The notes under the pieces are model-generated. The model did no database searches, had not been told where the DNA came from, and saw nothing but the letters and a program-made list of their open reading frames with translations. A program made the translations under genes and the position numbers. DNA of 17,361 nt from Myxococcales bacterium (GTDB taxonomy: Bacteria; Myxococcota; Myxococcia; Myxococcales; Anaeromyxobacteraceae): positions 1-17,361 of the forward strand of contig JBBQEB010000075.1 of the NCBI GenBank assembly GCA_038320275.1, read 5' to 3'. This document shows positions 8,076 through 17,251 of the stretch, piece by piece (the stretch's first letter is position 1; each line of letters starts with the position of its first letter).

Positions 8076-11000
8076 ATGCATCGAAGGTCAGCAGTCTTGA
8101 AGGGAGCAGCGGCCCTCGCCGCCCTCCTGACGATCGGAGCCGGCCGCGCGAGCGCGCAGCAGGCGCCTTCGCCCGACGCGCCCACGCAGCCCACGGCCGA
8201 CTACTACAACCGCAACTACCACAACAGCCCGCCGTCGATGCGGAAGTTCGTGGATGGGTTGCCCGGCCTCGGCCTGCCCGGTTGCGCCAACGACGTCGCG
8301 TGCAACGCGAACAACCTCCACAACTACATTCCGATCGCGGGGAAGGTGACGCCCCCCCCCGGCGTTCCCAACGACGCCGACTACTACGAGATCACCGCCG
8401 AGCAGTACACGCAGAAGATGCACAGCGACCTGCCCGCGACGAAGCTGCGCGGGTACCACGACAGCACCCCGGCCGGCGCCTCTAGCCAGCACTACCTCGG
8501 CGGCTTCATCATCGCGACGAAGGGCACCCCGGTCCGGGTGAAGTTCACCAATAAATTGCCTGCCGGCAATCTGTTCCTCCCGGTGGACCTCACGCTCATG
8601 GGCGCCGGCAGAGGGCCGCTGTTCGCCAACGGCACGCCGTGCGATCCCACGACCCAGAGCTGCGAGCTGTACCCGCAGAGCCGCACCATGCTTCACCTCC
8701 ACGGTGGTGACACGCCCTGGATCAGCGACGGCACGCCGCACCAGTGGATCACCTCGCAGAACGATACGGCCACGCCCTACAAGCGCGGCGTGAGCCAGCG
8801 CAACGTCCCCGACATGGACGGCGGCGTGGAGCCCGACGGCGTCGGCACCTACTACTATCCCAACAACCAGAGCGCGCGCCTCGAGTGGTATCACGACCAC
8901 GCCTACGCGCTGACGCGCCTCAATGTGTATGCAGGCCTGGTGACCGGGTACCTGCTGACCGACGCGACCGAGGGGAAGCTCATCGACGGCGGCACCATCG
9001 GCGCCGCCACGGTTCCCTCTCGCACGCTGCCGGGCGCTGCCGCCGGCAATCCCTATCGCTACGGCATTCCGCTCGTCCTCCAGGACAAGACGTTCGTCGA
9101 CAGCGCCACGATCAACACGCAGGATCCCACCTGGGGCAACACCGCGCCGGCTCCTTACGTGAGGCTCAACCTCCCGACCACCTCCGGCGCGCTCTGGTTC
9201 CCGCACGTGTACGTGCCAAACCAGGACCCGTCCGTGCTCGCCGGCGCGAGAGACGTGGGCCGGTGGGATTACGGCCCGTGGTTCTGGCCGCCGTACTCCG
9301 GCCTCGTGCATGGTGAGCTCAGGAATGACCCGAACCACGTCGGCGTCGCGGTCCCCGGAACCCCGAACCCCTCCATCGTTCCCGAAGCGTTCATGGACAC
9401 GCCGGTGGTGAACGGCACGCCTTACCCGACGCTGACGGTGAAGGCGCAGCCCTACCGCTTCCGCATCCTCAACGGCTCCAACGATCGTGGCTGGAACCTG
9501 TCGATGTTCTACGCGGCGAGCAAGGTGACTGGGGCTGTCTGCAGGGCGACCCCCGGCGTCCCCGCCACCGACTGCACCGAAGTGAAGATGATCGACGCCG
9601 TGCCGCACACCGCGACCTCGGTCCCGTACAAGGCCTGCAGCGCGACCGTGACGGCGAATTGCTGGTGCGACACCAGCGGCGCAACCAGGTATGAGCCCAC
9701 CGGCTGCTACCTCGAGAGCTACCCCACCGACGGCCGTGACGGCGGCGTCCCGGATCCGGCCACCTCCGGCCCACACCTGGTCCAGATCGGCACCGAGGGC
9801 GGGTTCCTGCCCAAGTCGGTGGACCACCCGAACCAGCCGCTGAACTTCAACTACAATCGCCGCGACATCGTCGTGCTCAACATCTCGGACAAGAACCTGT
9901 TCCTGGGTCCTGCCGAGCGCGCCGACTTCCTGGTCGACTTCACCGGCGTTCCGGCCGGGTCGACGCTGATCCTCTACAACGACGGCGGCACTCCGACTCC
10001 TGCGTTCGACACTCGGTACGACTACTACACGGACGATCCTGACCAGACCTCCACCGGCGGCGCTCCCACCACCGTCGCGGGATACGGCCCTAACACCCGC
10101 ACCGTCATGCAGTTCGTGATTGGGAACCCCTCCGGGGACCTCGCCAATGTGACCGGGTCCACCGTCAGCACGACCAACCTCAACGATGCGCTGGCCGCTG
10201 CGTACAAGGACTCGCAGCCGCCCCCGATCATCCCGCAGACTGCCTACGCTTCGGCGCTGGGCACCGGGTACACCGTCGATACGTACGTCCGCATCCAGGA
10301 CAATAACGTGACGTTCACGCCCGTGGGCGGGAGCCCGACGACCCTGCCGCTCCAGCCCAAGGCCATCCAGGAGCTCTTCACCGTCGACTACGGCCGCATG
10401 AATGCGACCTTCGGCGTGGAGCTGCCGTACACCAACATCAACACGCAGACCACCATCCCGCTCGGCTACGTGGACCCGCCTACCGAGGTCATCCGAGCCG
10501 GCCAGACGCAGGTGTGGAAGATCACGCATAACGGCGTGGACACCCACGCCATCCACTTCCACCTGTTCAACGTGCAGCTCATCAACCGCGTGGGCTGGGA
10601 TGGCGCCATCCGCCCGCCAGAGGACAACGAGATCGGCTGGAAGGAGACCGTCCGGATGAACCCGCTCGAGGACGTGGTCGTGGCGCTCCAGCCCAAACGC
10701 CCCGTGACGCCGTTCACGACGGCCCAGAGCATCCGCCCGCTCGATCCTACCTCCGCCCTCAACAGGGACTCCGGTCAGTTCACGAACATCGATCCGCAGA
10801 CCGGTAACCCCACCACGACCACCAACCAGGTCATGAACTTCGGCTTCGAGTACGTGTGGCACTGCCACCTCCTCGGCCACGAAGAAAACGACATGATGCG
10901 GCCGATGGTCATCCTGCCCAGCGGCGCCAAGGTGCTCGGCTCAGCCGACTTCAACGCCGACGGCAAGTCCGACATCCTCTTCCGCAACGTGAACACCCGG

Positions 11001-11858
11001 CAGCTCTACGCCTGGCTCATGAACGGCTCGGCGCTCACCAGCGCCGCGCCCCTGCCGCCGAGCCCGTACGCCACGGGCTCGACCGCCCTCAACGGCGACG
11101 CTGGATGGTCGGTGGCCGGCATCGGCGATCTCGATGGGAACGGCACCGCGGACATCGTGTGGCACAACGACATTACGGGTGAGCTCTACGTGTGGCTCAT
11201 GAGCGGGACGACGATCACCTCGCAGGCGTCCATCACGACGGTCGACCCCACCTGGTCGGTGATCGGCGTCGCCGACTTCAACGGCGACGGGAAGGCCGAC
11301 ATCCTGTGGCGCAACAGCGCCTCGGGACAGGTTTACCTGTGGTTCATGAACGGGGCGACGATGACCTCCCTCGCGTCCGTCGCCACCATCCCCGCGGTGT
11401 GGGAGGTCACGCAGGTCGCGGATTTCAACGGCGACGGCAAGGCGGACGTCCTCTGGCGCAACACGACGACCGGTGAGGTCTACGTGTGGATGATGAACGG
11501 GGCCTCGATGACGAGCGCTTCGTCGCTCGGCACCGTGCCGCTCGCCTGGAACGTCATCGCCGCGGCGGATTTCAATGCAGACAACAAGGCCGACGTCCTC
11601 TGGCGCAACGCCACGACGGGAGAGGTCTACGTGTGGCTCATGAACGGAGCGAGCTTCTTGTCGGCTGGATCGCTCGGGACGGTGCCCGCGGTCTGGCAGG
11701 TGGTGCAGGTGGCGGACTACAATGCCGACCTCAAGGCCGACATTCTGTGGCGCAACAGCACCACCGGGGAGCTGTTCATGTGGTTCATGAACGGGAGCAC
11801 GTTCTCCTCCGGAGCGAGCCTCGGCGCGGTTGGTACGGACTGGCAGTTCCTGCAGTAG
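8076..11858 (+). CDS. Secreted multicopper oxidase (OmpB/MofA-like, large laccase-type) with C-terminal FG-GAP/VCBS repeats
   Basis: ATG 8076 after a purine-rich SD; 1260 aa. Signal peptide MHRRSAVLKG...ASA-Q. All four Cu-binding motifs present: HLH (8694-8702), WYHDH (8886-8900), HAIHFH (10545-10562), WHCHLLGHEENDM (about 10857-10895). Six DFNxDGKxD repeats follow. Confidence 0.9.
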   Translation: MHRRSAVLKGAAALAALLTIGAGRASAQQAPSPDAPTQPTADYYNRNYHNSPPSMRKFVDGLPGLGLPGCANDVACNANNLHNYIPIAGKVTPPPGVPNDADYYEITAEQYTQKMHSDLPATKLRGYHDSTPAGASSQHYLGGFIIATKGTPVRVKFTNKLPAGNLFLPVDLTLMGAGRGPLFANGTPCDPTTQSCELYPQSRTMLHLHGGDTPWISDGTPHQWITSQNDTATPYKRGVSQRNVPDMDGGVEPDGVGTYYYPNNQSARLEWYHDHAYALTRLNVYAGLVTGYLLTDATEGKLIDGGTIGAATVPSRTLPGAAAGNPYRYGIPLVLQDKTFVDSATINTQDPTWGNTAPAPYVRLNLPTTSGALWFPHVYVPNQDPSVLAGARDVGRWDYGPWFWPPYSGLVHGELRNDPNHVGVAVPGTPNPSIVPEAFMDTPVVNGTPYPTLTVKAQPYRFRILNGSNDRGWNLSMFYAASKVTGAVCRATPGVPATDCTEVKMIDAVPHTATSVPYKACSATVTANCWCDTSGATRYEPTGCYLESYPTDGRDGGVPDPATSGPHLVQIGTEGGFLPKSVDHPNQPLNFNYNRRDIVVLNISDKNLFLGPAERADFLVDFTGVPAGSTLILYNDGGTPTPAFDTRYDYYTDDPDQTSTGGAPTTVAGYGPNTRTVMQFVIGNPSGDLANVTGSTVSTTNLNDALAAAYKDSQPPPIIPQTAYASALGTGYTVDTYVRIQDNNVTFTPVGGSPTTLPLQPKAIQELFTVDYGRMNATFGVELPYTNINTQTTIPLGYVDPPTEVIRAGQTQVWKITHNGVDTHAIHFHLFNVQLINRVGWDGAIRPPEDNEIGWKETVRMNPLEDVVVALQPKRPVTPFTTAQSIRPLDPTSALNRDSGQFTNIDPQTGNPTTTTNQVMNFGFEYVWHCHLLGHEENDMMRPMVILPSGAKVLGSADFNADGKSDILFRNVNTRQLYAWLMNGSALTSAAPLPPSPYATGSTALNGDAGWSVAGIGDLDGNGTADIVWHNDITGELYVWLMSGTTITSQASITTVDPTWSVIGVADFNGDGKADILWRNSASGQVYLWFMNGATMTSLASVATIPAVWEVTQVADFNGDGKADVLWRNTTTGEVYVWMMNGASMTSASSLGTVPLAWNVIAAADFNADNKADVLWRNATTGEVYVWLMNGASFLSAGSLGTVPAVWQVVQVADYNADLKADILWRNSTTGELFMWFMNGSTFSSGASLGAVGTDWQFLQ
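10944..11855 (+). repeat. Six intragenic FG-GAP/VCBS-like repeats
   Basis: Repeat cores (A/G)D(F/L/Y)xxxxxxD(I/V)xx(R/H)N start at 10944, 11124, 11271, 11418, 11565 and 11712. The period is exactly 147 nt (49 aa) apart from the first interval (180 nt). Confidence 0.92.
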
Positions 11859-11914
11859 ACACGGCGGTCTCGAGAGCGCTCGCCTGAGCGCCCCCGAGAC
11901 CACCTGAAGGCAAT

Positions 11915-11957
11915 GCGCGGCGGTGGGGGCTCCGGCTCCCGCCGCCGCGCTCGTTTT
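11915..11957 (+). terminator. Rho-independent terminator of the oxidase gene
   Basis: 16-bp stem 11915-11930/11935-11950 (two G-U pairs), TCCG loop, followed by TCGTTTT. Confidence 0.75.
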
Positions 11958-12038
11958 CCCTCCGCGAAGCTCGTAGATGGGCGGCCCGAGCCTCGCCGGA
12001 CAGTGGAAAGCTCCGCCGCGGCGGGCTAACGTTGGAAG

Positions 12039-13277
12039 ATGCGGGTGGTGGCGATGACCGGCACGATCCTCCTCGCGTGCGCTTTCGGTGGTCCAGGCGC
12101 GGCGGGGCAGACGCACCCTGTATCCGCAACGGGAATCGGCGCGGCGGACGCGGGCGCTGGAGTCCCCGGGGCAGGAGGGCCGGACCTCGGACCGGAAGGG
12201 CCCACAGCGCTACACCTGCTGTGGTTGAGCGACTCCATCTACAACCTCGACGAGCTGGGTGACGCGGTGGCCGCCAACCTGCCCGGCACCCCGGTCACCA
12301 GCGAATGGGCCACCTTCGGCGGGACGGTCGTCGGCACCGGGCTGCTCGAGCTGGCTGACTCGACGGACGCCTACCTCGACGGTGCGTGGCAGGACCGTCC
12401 CCGCGGAGCTCCCTTTTCCAGCTACAGCGCGCTGGTCTTCGAGTTCCTCCGCAACGACGCGAACGAGGGGGAGCCGCCGCCAGCGTTCCAGCGCGCCTAC
12501 GACAAGGTGGCGGCGCAGGGAACGAAGTACTTTCCGGCGGTGGTGTCCGGCAGCGCGCCTCCCGCGGCTCGGCCGGACCTCTCTGGGTGGGATGTGACCG
12601 ACCCGGCGCGCACCCTGCCCTATCGCAGCGCGACCGAGGCCGTCGCGGCGCGGTGGAACACCGGACATGTCGATACCTATGGACGCTTCCTCGAGCTCGT
12701 CTCGTCGGGTCAGCTCACCGTGAACCAGCTCATGGCCGACGTGGCTCATCCGTCGCGCCAAGTGGGCGTGTCTCGAATCGGCAGCTGGATCGCCGCGGCG
12801 CTGCAGAGCAGCGGTCCTTTCCTGCACGCCGAGCCCGACCTGCCCGGCATGGTCGCGAACCACCTGTTCGGTCAGCCGACCGGCGGAACGTGGGCGCTCA
12901 CGCCCGTCGCGACCCCGTACCGGCCCTATCACACCTCGCTCCAGCGGATCGCGACGCTCGAGGACCAGGCTCAGGTTTCCACCAGCGCGGGCTCGCGGGT
13001 GGTCTTTCCGTCAGCGCAGGTGGCCCAGGTGTGGGCGCACTTCGTCGTGGACCAGGCATCCGGTGGGACGGTGCAGGTCTACGTCGACGCCGGCTCCCCG
13101 GACCAGCGCATGATGACGGTCGAGACGAGGCGACCCGGCGTCACCCAGTATCCGACGTCCGTGCTGGTGGCTGACGACCTGGCCGCCGGACTTCACACGG
13201 TGGAGATGCGGACGCTCGACGCCGAGCCAGTGCGGGTCCTGGGCGTCACCTACGTCCTCCAGCCGCTTGCGCGGTGA
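12039..13277 (+). CDS. Exported SGNH/GDSL-like hydrolase with C-terminal beta-sandwich (putative polysaccharide O-acyl modifying enzyme)
   Basis: Hydrophobic N-terminus with a possible lipobox LLAC. Block I-like LLWLSDSI, block III-like FEFLRND, block V-like MADVAHPS. Beta-rich tail GGTVQVYVD...GLHTVEM. Confidence 0.6.
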   Translation: MRVVAMTGTILLACAFGGPGAAGQTHPVSATGIGAADAGAGVPGAGGPDLGPEGPTALHLLWLSDSIYNLDELGDAVAANLPGTPVTSEWATFGGTVVGTGLLELADSTDAYLDGAWQDRPRGAPFSSYSALVFEFLRNDANEGEPPPAFQRAYDKVAAQGTKYFPAVVSGSAPPAARPDLSGWDVTDPARTLPYRSATEAVAARWNTGHVDTYGRFLELVSSGQLTVNQLMADVAHPSRQVGVSRIGSWIAAALQSSGPFLHAEPDLPGMVANHLFGQPTGGTWALTPVATPYRPYHTSLQRIATLEDQAQVSTSAGSRVVFPSAQVAQVWAHFVVDQASGGTVQVYVDAGSPDQRMMTVETRRPGVTQYPTSVLVADDLAAGLHTVEMRTLDAEPVRVLGVTYVLQPLAR

Positions 13278-13299
13278 GCGCTGCGGCCCGAGTTGAACG

Positions 13300-14679
13300 C
13301 TAGTTCTCTCGTCCTGCCGAGCTCAGGGCGCCGGGCCTGTCTGGCCGGACGGAGGAAAACCGCCCGACGGCGCGCGAGATAAACCAGAGCACGAAGAACC
13401 AGGCGATGAGGAAGACGAAGAGCTTCATGGTCGTGTTGGAGTCCGTACGGATGCTCCACAGCGCCGACCAGAACACATGCAGGTGGATGACCAGCCAGAA
13501 GCTCAAGGTACCTTGCCGGGCGCGCGCGATGGTGTAAATCGCCGACACGAGGAGGCCGAGCGCGAGGCTGGCCAGGAAGGGCCCGGCGACTCCAAAGTTC
13601 TGGTAGGCCTCGGCCGCCAGGGAGTAGTCCATCCCGAAGCCCACCACGTCCGAGTAGAAGAGCTCGCGAAAACGAACTCCCGCGGGGACGAAGGCGTAGT
13701 AGCCGGTGAGGACGTGCGGGACGAGGACGTTCCCGAGGGCCTGGAGGTAGGTGACTCCCCCGGCGAAGGCCTCCCGATCCGGGAACACCTCCATGGCCGC
13801 CGTCAGGACGCCGGTGCCCGCGTACATCGTGAGCACGTGAGCGGCGACGGCTTGCCCCTCCAGCGAGAGGCTCCCGGCCGCGGCGGACAGCCGGTCGGCG
13901 AAGCCGAGCGACTCGCCCTCTCGGCTGATGGCGACGCCGTAGCTCAAGAGGACCACCGCGACGACGGTGGAGAGGACGTGCCGGGAGCGGATCGGTCTTC
14001 GCCCGCCCACGCTCCCCGCCGCGACCAGCGCGAGGACGATGAGGATGAGGTCGCGCCGTCCACCGCCTGCCAAGGCTGGCAATGCTACGAAGATGATCGC
14101 GCCCCACAGCTTGGGGCTGGTGAGCCGTCTACCGGCGGCGCCCCAGAGCAGGATGGTCGCCACCAGGGTGGGAACCGAGAGCAGCCCCAGGTTCAGGTAG
14201 GCGGGGAGCTGCTCGAGGTTCTCCGACCACTGGAGAGCGCCGTAGCGGGCCAGGAAGCTCTCCACGCCCTCCAGCTCGATGCGCCAGTAGACGAATGAGG
14301 CGCTGAGGCAGCTTCCCCAGAACATCGTCCGAAGGAGAGGCGCGATCCGCGCCTCCCGGATGGAGAGGCGGGGAGCGAATCGTACCAGCCACCTGACCGG
14401 CAGGAAGGTGGCCGCCAGCACCCCGGCCTGCACGCTGACGAGCATCCAGGTGGCGGCGAACAGGTGTCTCGAGATCAGGCCGAAGTGGTCGGGGTACTCC
14501 CCCAGCAGGAGGCGGTGCGCCACCACGCCAACGGCGTTCTCCATCAGGACGAGCCCGAACAGCCCGCGCGGATCGAGGATCCACAGCGGATCGCGCCTGC
14601 GTGAGGTGAGCAGGCCGATGAGAGCCAGCGCCCCGCTCGCGAGGAGCATCAGCCAGAGCTGGTTCGTCGACGCTTCCAC
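13300..14679 (-). CDS. wzy: Wzy-type polysaccharide polymerase
   Basis: 459 aa with about 10 hydrophobic segments, a GGRR motif after a TM pair, a large loop and SLAAEAYQNFGVAG (E.y.nfG motif). Lies downstream of wzx and a GT. Confidence 0.75.
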   Translation of the reverse strand: MEASTNQLWLMLLASGALALIGLLTSRRRDPLWILDPRGLFGLVLMENAVGVVAHRLLLGEYPDHFGLISRHLFAATWMLVSVQAGVLAATFLPVRWLVRFAPRLSIREARIAPLLRTMFWGSCLSASFVYWRIELEGVESFLARYGALQWSENLEQLPAYLNLGLLSVPTLVATILLWGAAGRRLTSPKLWGAIIFVALPALAGGGRRDLILIVLALVAAGSVGGRRPIRSRHVLSTVVAVVLLSYGVAISREGESLGFADRLSAAAGSLSLEGQAVAAHVLTMYAGTGVLTAAMEVFPDREAFAGGVTYLQALGNVLVPHVLTGYYAFVPAGVRFRELFYSDVVGFGMDYSLAAEAYQNFGVAGPFLASLALGLLVSAIYTIARARQGTLSFWLVIHLHVFWSALWSIRTDSNTTMKLFVFLIAWFFVLWFISRAVGRFSSVRPDRPGALSSAGREN

Positions 14680-14691
14680 GTGACCAGGCGC

Positions 14692-15843
14692 TCACGTCCC
14701 GCGAGCGGAGAGCAGCAAGCGGGAGATGCCATCGACGTGGCGCGCGGGCGCGAAGCTCCCGGCGCGGACCGCGGCAGCTCGGGAGAGGCGCAGAAAGAGC
14801 GCTGGATCGCTCACCAGGGAGCAAAGCCGCCGAGCGATGATCTCCGGTTCGCGCGGGGGTACGCAGAGTAATCTCATCTCGTCTGGAAGGAGCTCCGGGA
14901 TGCCGCGATGAGCCGTGGCGACGACGGGGAGCGCGGAGGACAGCGCCTCGACGACGGCGAGGGGCTGGCCCTCGTTGCGATAGTAAGTCGGGAGCACGAA
15001 CACGTGCGCGCGCTCGAGCAAGGCGCGCTTCTGCTCCCCGTGCACCACGCCATGATAGCTCACGCCGACCCCAGCGGCTCGGGCGAACTGGGCCTGCTCC
15101 TCGAACGCCTTCTGCATGGCGGCCGCGGACGAGGCCGACCCGTCGCCGGCGACGAAGGCGCCGGCGAAGTGAAGCTCCAGCCTGATCCCGCTCGCCTGCC
15201 GGGCAATCGCACCGGCCTGGAGGACGTCGAGGTATCCCTTCTCCAGCATCAAGTTGCTGAGATAGAGGACGTGCATCTCGCCGGTCGGTGGCGCGCGGAG
15301 CTCGCGAAAGGCGGGGATCTCCGAAGGATTGTACACCACGCGGGTGCGCGCGCGTCCGCCCGGGAGCATCGCGAACTGGTCTCGAAGCGTCTCGCCTTCG
15401 ACGACGAAGTAGCAGACCTTCGAGAGCGCGCGCTCCACGCGCGCCTGCGCCAGGCGCGGGAGCGCCGCGAAGAACGCCGGGAAGTTTCCACCGTGCAGGT
15501 GAACGACGACCGGACGCCGCCACGCGCGGGCAGCGTTCAGGATCAGGCCATCCTTCAGGAAGCCTAGCTTGGACTGGGTGATGGCGATGTAGACGACCTC
15601 GCACCTCCGGAGGAGGAGGGCTGCACGGGCCACGTAGGAGAGGGCCTGCGCCGCTCGCGCGAGGGTGAAGGCGGAGCCCCGTCGCGCGTGCGACCCCTCC
15701 GAGGTGTCGATGAGGTCGAGAGACCACGCGCGCTCAGTGAGCCCCCGCACGGCCACCTCGAACGCCTTGGACAGCCCGTGTACGGGCGGAGGCAAGGGCC
15801 CGATGGCGAGCACTCTCGCAGGATCAGCGGTCGTCGTCAGCAT
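14692..15843 (-). CDS. Glycosyltransferase family 4 (GT-B)
   Basis: IGPLPPPVHG, VVVHLHGG, LYLSNLMLEKG, FVLPTYYRNEGQPLAVVEAL (EX7E), VVATAHRGIPE. Start ATG 15843 preferred; GTG 15855 is possible. Confidence 0.92.
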   Translation of the reverse strand: MLTTTADPARVLAIGPLPPPVHGLSKAFEVAVRGLTERAWSLDLIDTSEGSHARRGSAFTLARAAQALSYVARAALLLRRCEVVYIAITQSKLGFLKDGLILNAARAWRRPVVVHLHGGNFPAFFAALPRLAQARVERALSKVCYFVVEGETLRDQFAMLPGGRARTRVVYNPSEIPAFRELRAPPTGEMHVLYLSNLMLEKGYLDVLQAGAIARQASGIRLELHFAGAFVAGDGSASSAAAMQKAFEEQAQFARAAGVGVSYHGVVHGEQKRALLERAHVFVLPTYYRNEGQPLAVVEALSSALPVVATAHRGIPELLPDEMRLLCVPPREPEIIARRLCSLVSDPALFLRLSRAAAVRAGSFAPARHVDGISRLLLSARGT

Positions 15844-17251
15844 GGGCGCTTCCACCCTTTCGCAGCATGCGGCTCACGTCCAGCAGGAGCGCCGCGGTCA
15901 CCAGGCTCTCTCCAGCGACGAAGATCCAGAGCGAACCTTCGAACGAGACCAGCCCGCCGAAGGCGAGCGCGGCGGCGACGGTCAGCGCCGCACCCAGGGC
16001 CTGGTAGCTGGCGGGGCGTCCGACCCGGCCGCAACCGTTGAGGCAGATGAGCGCGACCCAGCGGGTGCTGTGCGCGACGATCAAGGTGCAGAACCCGGCG
16101 ATCGCCGTCCGGCTCGGCGAGAACGCGGCGCCGCCCAGCACCCTGAAGACGACGCCGTGCCAGAGGGCGAAGGCGAGGCAGCCCGTGGAGGCGATGGCGG
16201 TGGCGAGGGCGAGGGAGCGCCGGTAGGTGCGGGCGACCCAGCGCCGGTCCCCGCGCGCGTGCGCCTCCGCGTAGGCGGGCCAGAGCGGGATCACCCAGAA
16301 CGAAGAGAGGAGGACGAAGGCCCAGATCGGCCGCACCGCGAGCGTGTAGCTCGCCACGGCGCTCGAGCCGTAGAGGTGGCCCATCAGCGGAGGTGGAGCC
16401 GCCGCCAGGACGAGGCTCCCCAGTTGACCCACGACGAACCGGGCTCCCTGCTGCGCGAGCGAGCGCATGACGGGCACGTGCACCAGCGCCCAGCGCGGAA
16501 CGAGCCAGCGATGGCTGCGTCCGAAGAGCCAGCAGGTCTGGGCGACGGCCGCGAGCGCCTGCCCGCCCAGAAACGCGCCGAGGGTCGCCGGCACGCCAGC
16601 ACGCATGTGAAGTGCGAGGACGAACGCGCCGAACCCGAGCGCGTTGCCGAGAGCGGTCCATCCCGAGCTCGAGGAGGACTCCTGGTACCCGATCTGGACG
16701 CGCTGGGCGATCCCGAGCGGCATGCTCATGGCCACGAAGATCGCCGCGACGGCCAGGGTGGGCCCCGTCTCGTCGCGCGCCAGCACGCCCACATCGAGGA
16801 GGCGGGGCCACGGGACGAAAGGGTAGACGCAGGCCAGGATCAGGAGAAGGCTCAGGCACGAGCCCGCCAGCAGCGCGAGCGCGCTCGACACGGCGGCGGC
16901 GGCGTGATCCCGGTCGTCCCGGCCGTTCGCGCTGGCGACCTGATTGACGAGGCCACTGCCGATCCCGAGATCCAGGTTCGGGAGGACCAGCAGGACCGAG
17001 TTCGCGGTCGCCCATAGCGCGAACCGGTCGGGGCCGAAGTGCGTGAGCGCGAGCCGCAGGAGGGCGAGCGTCAGCAGGGCATTGAGCGCCTTGGCGCAAC
17101 CGGACGCGAGAGCAGCCTGGATCGCGCGGCGCTCGCGCTCGAAGGCTCGTCCTTCGGTGGTCGCCGTCTCGAACGCGCGCGAGCGGAAGAGCGCCCTTAG
17201 CAGCCGGGCCGCCCGCGACCCGAGGGTCCAGGCTGGGGACGCCGCGGTCAC
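15824..17251 (-). CDS. wzx: Wzx oligosaccharide flippase
   Basis: 475 aa, multiple TM segments, FGPDRFALW...LDLGIG.GL motif, VASY, PLWPAYAEA. 3' end overlaps the GT4 start. Confidence 0.85.
   Translation of the reverse strand: MTAASPAWTLGSRAARLLRALFRSRAFETATTEGRAFERERRAIQAALASGCAKALNALLTLALLRLALTHFGPDRFALWATANSVLLVLPNLDLGIGSGLVNQVASANGRDDRDHAAAAVSSALALLAGSCLSLLLILACVYPFVPWPRLLDVGVLARDETGPTLAVAAIFVAMSMPLGIAQRVQIGYQESSSSSGWTALGNALGFGAFVLALHMRAGVPATLGAFLGGQALAAVAQTCWLFGRSHRWLVPRWALVHVPVMRSLAQQGARFVVGQLGSLVLAAAPPPLMGHLYGSSAVASYTLAVRPIWAFVLLSSFWVIPLWPAYAEAHARGDRRWVARTYRRSLALATAIASTGCLAFALWHGVVFRVLGGAAFSPSRTAIAGFCTLIVAHSTRWVALICLNGCGRVGRPASYQALGAALTVAAALAFGGLVSFEGSLWIFVAGESLVTAALLLDVSRMLRKGGSAHADDDR

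Noticed and set aside
8088..10880. 930 aa minus-strand ORF
   Set aside because: Antisense shadow of the oxidase caused by codon bias.
11124..11855. Regular repeats as a possible CRISPR array or DGR template/variable repeat pair
   Set aside because: The 147-nt in-frame coding repeats diverge largely at synonymous positions; no spacers, cas genes or reverse transcriptase are present.
14129..17099. Several long Arg/Pro-rich overlapping ORFs (532, 450, 420 aa)
   Set aside because: Alternative-frame artefacts over the well-supported wzy, GT4 and wzx genes.
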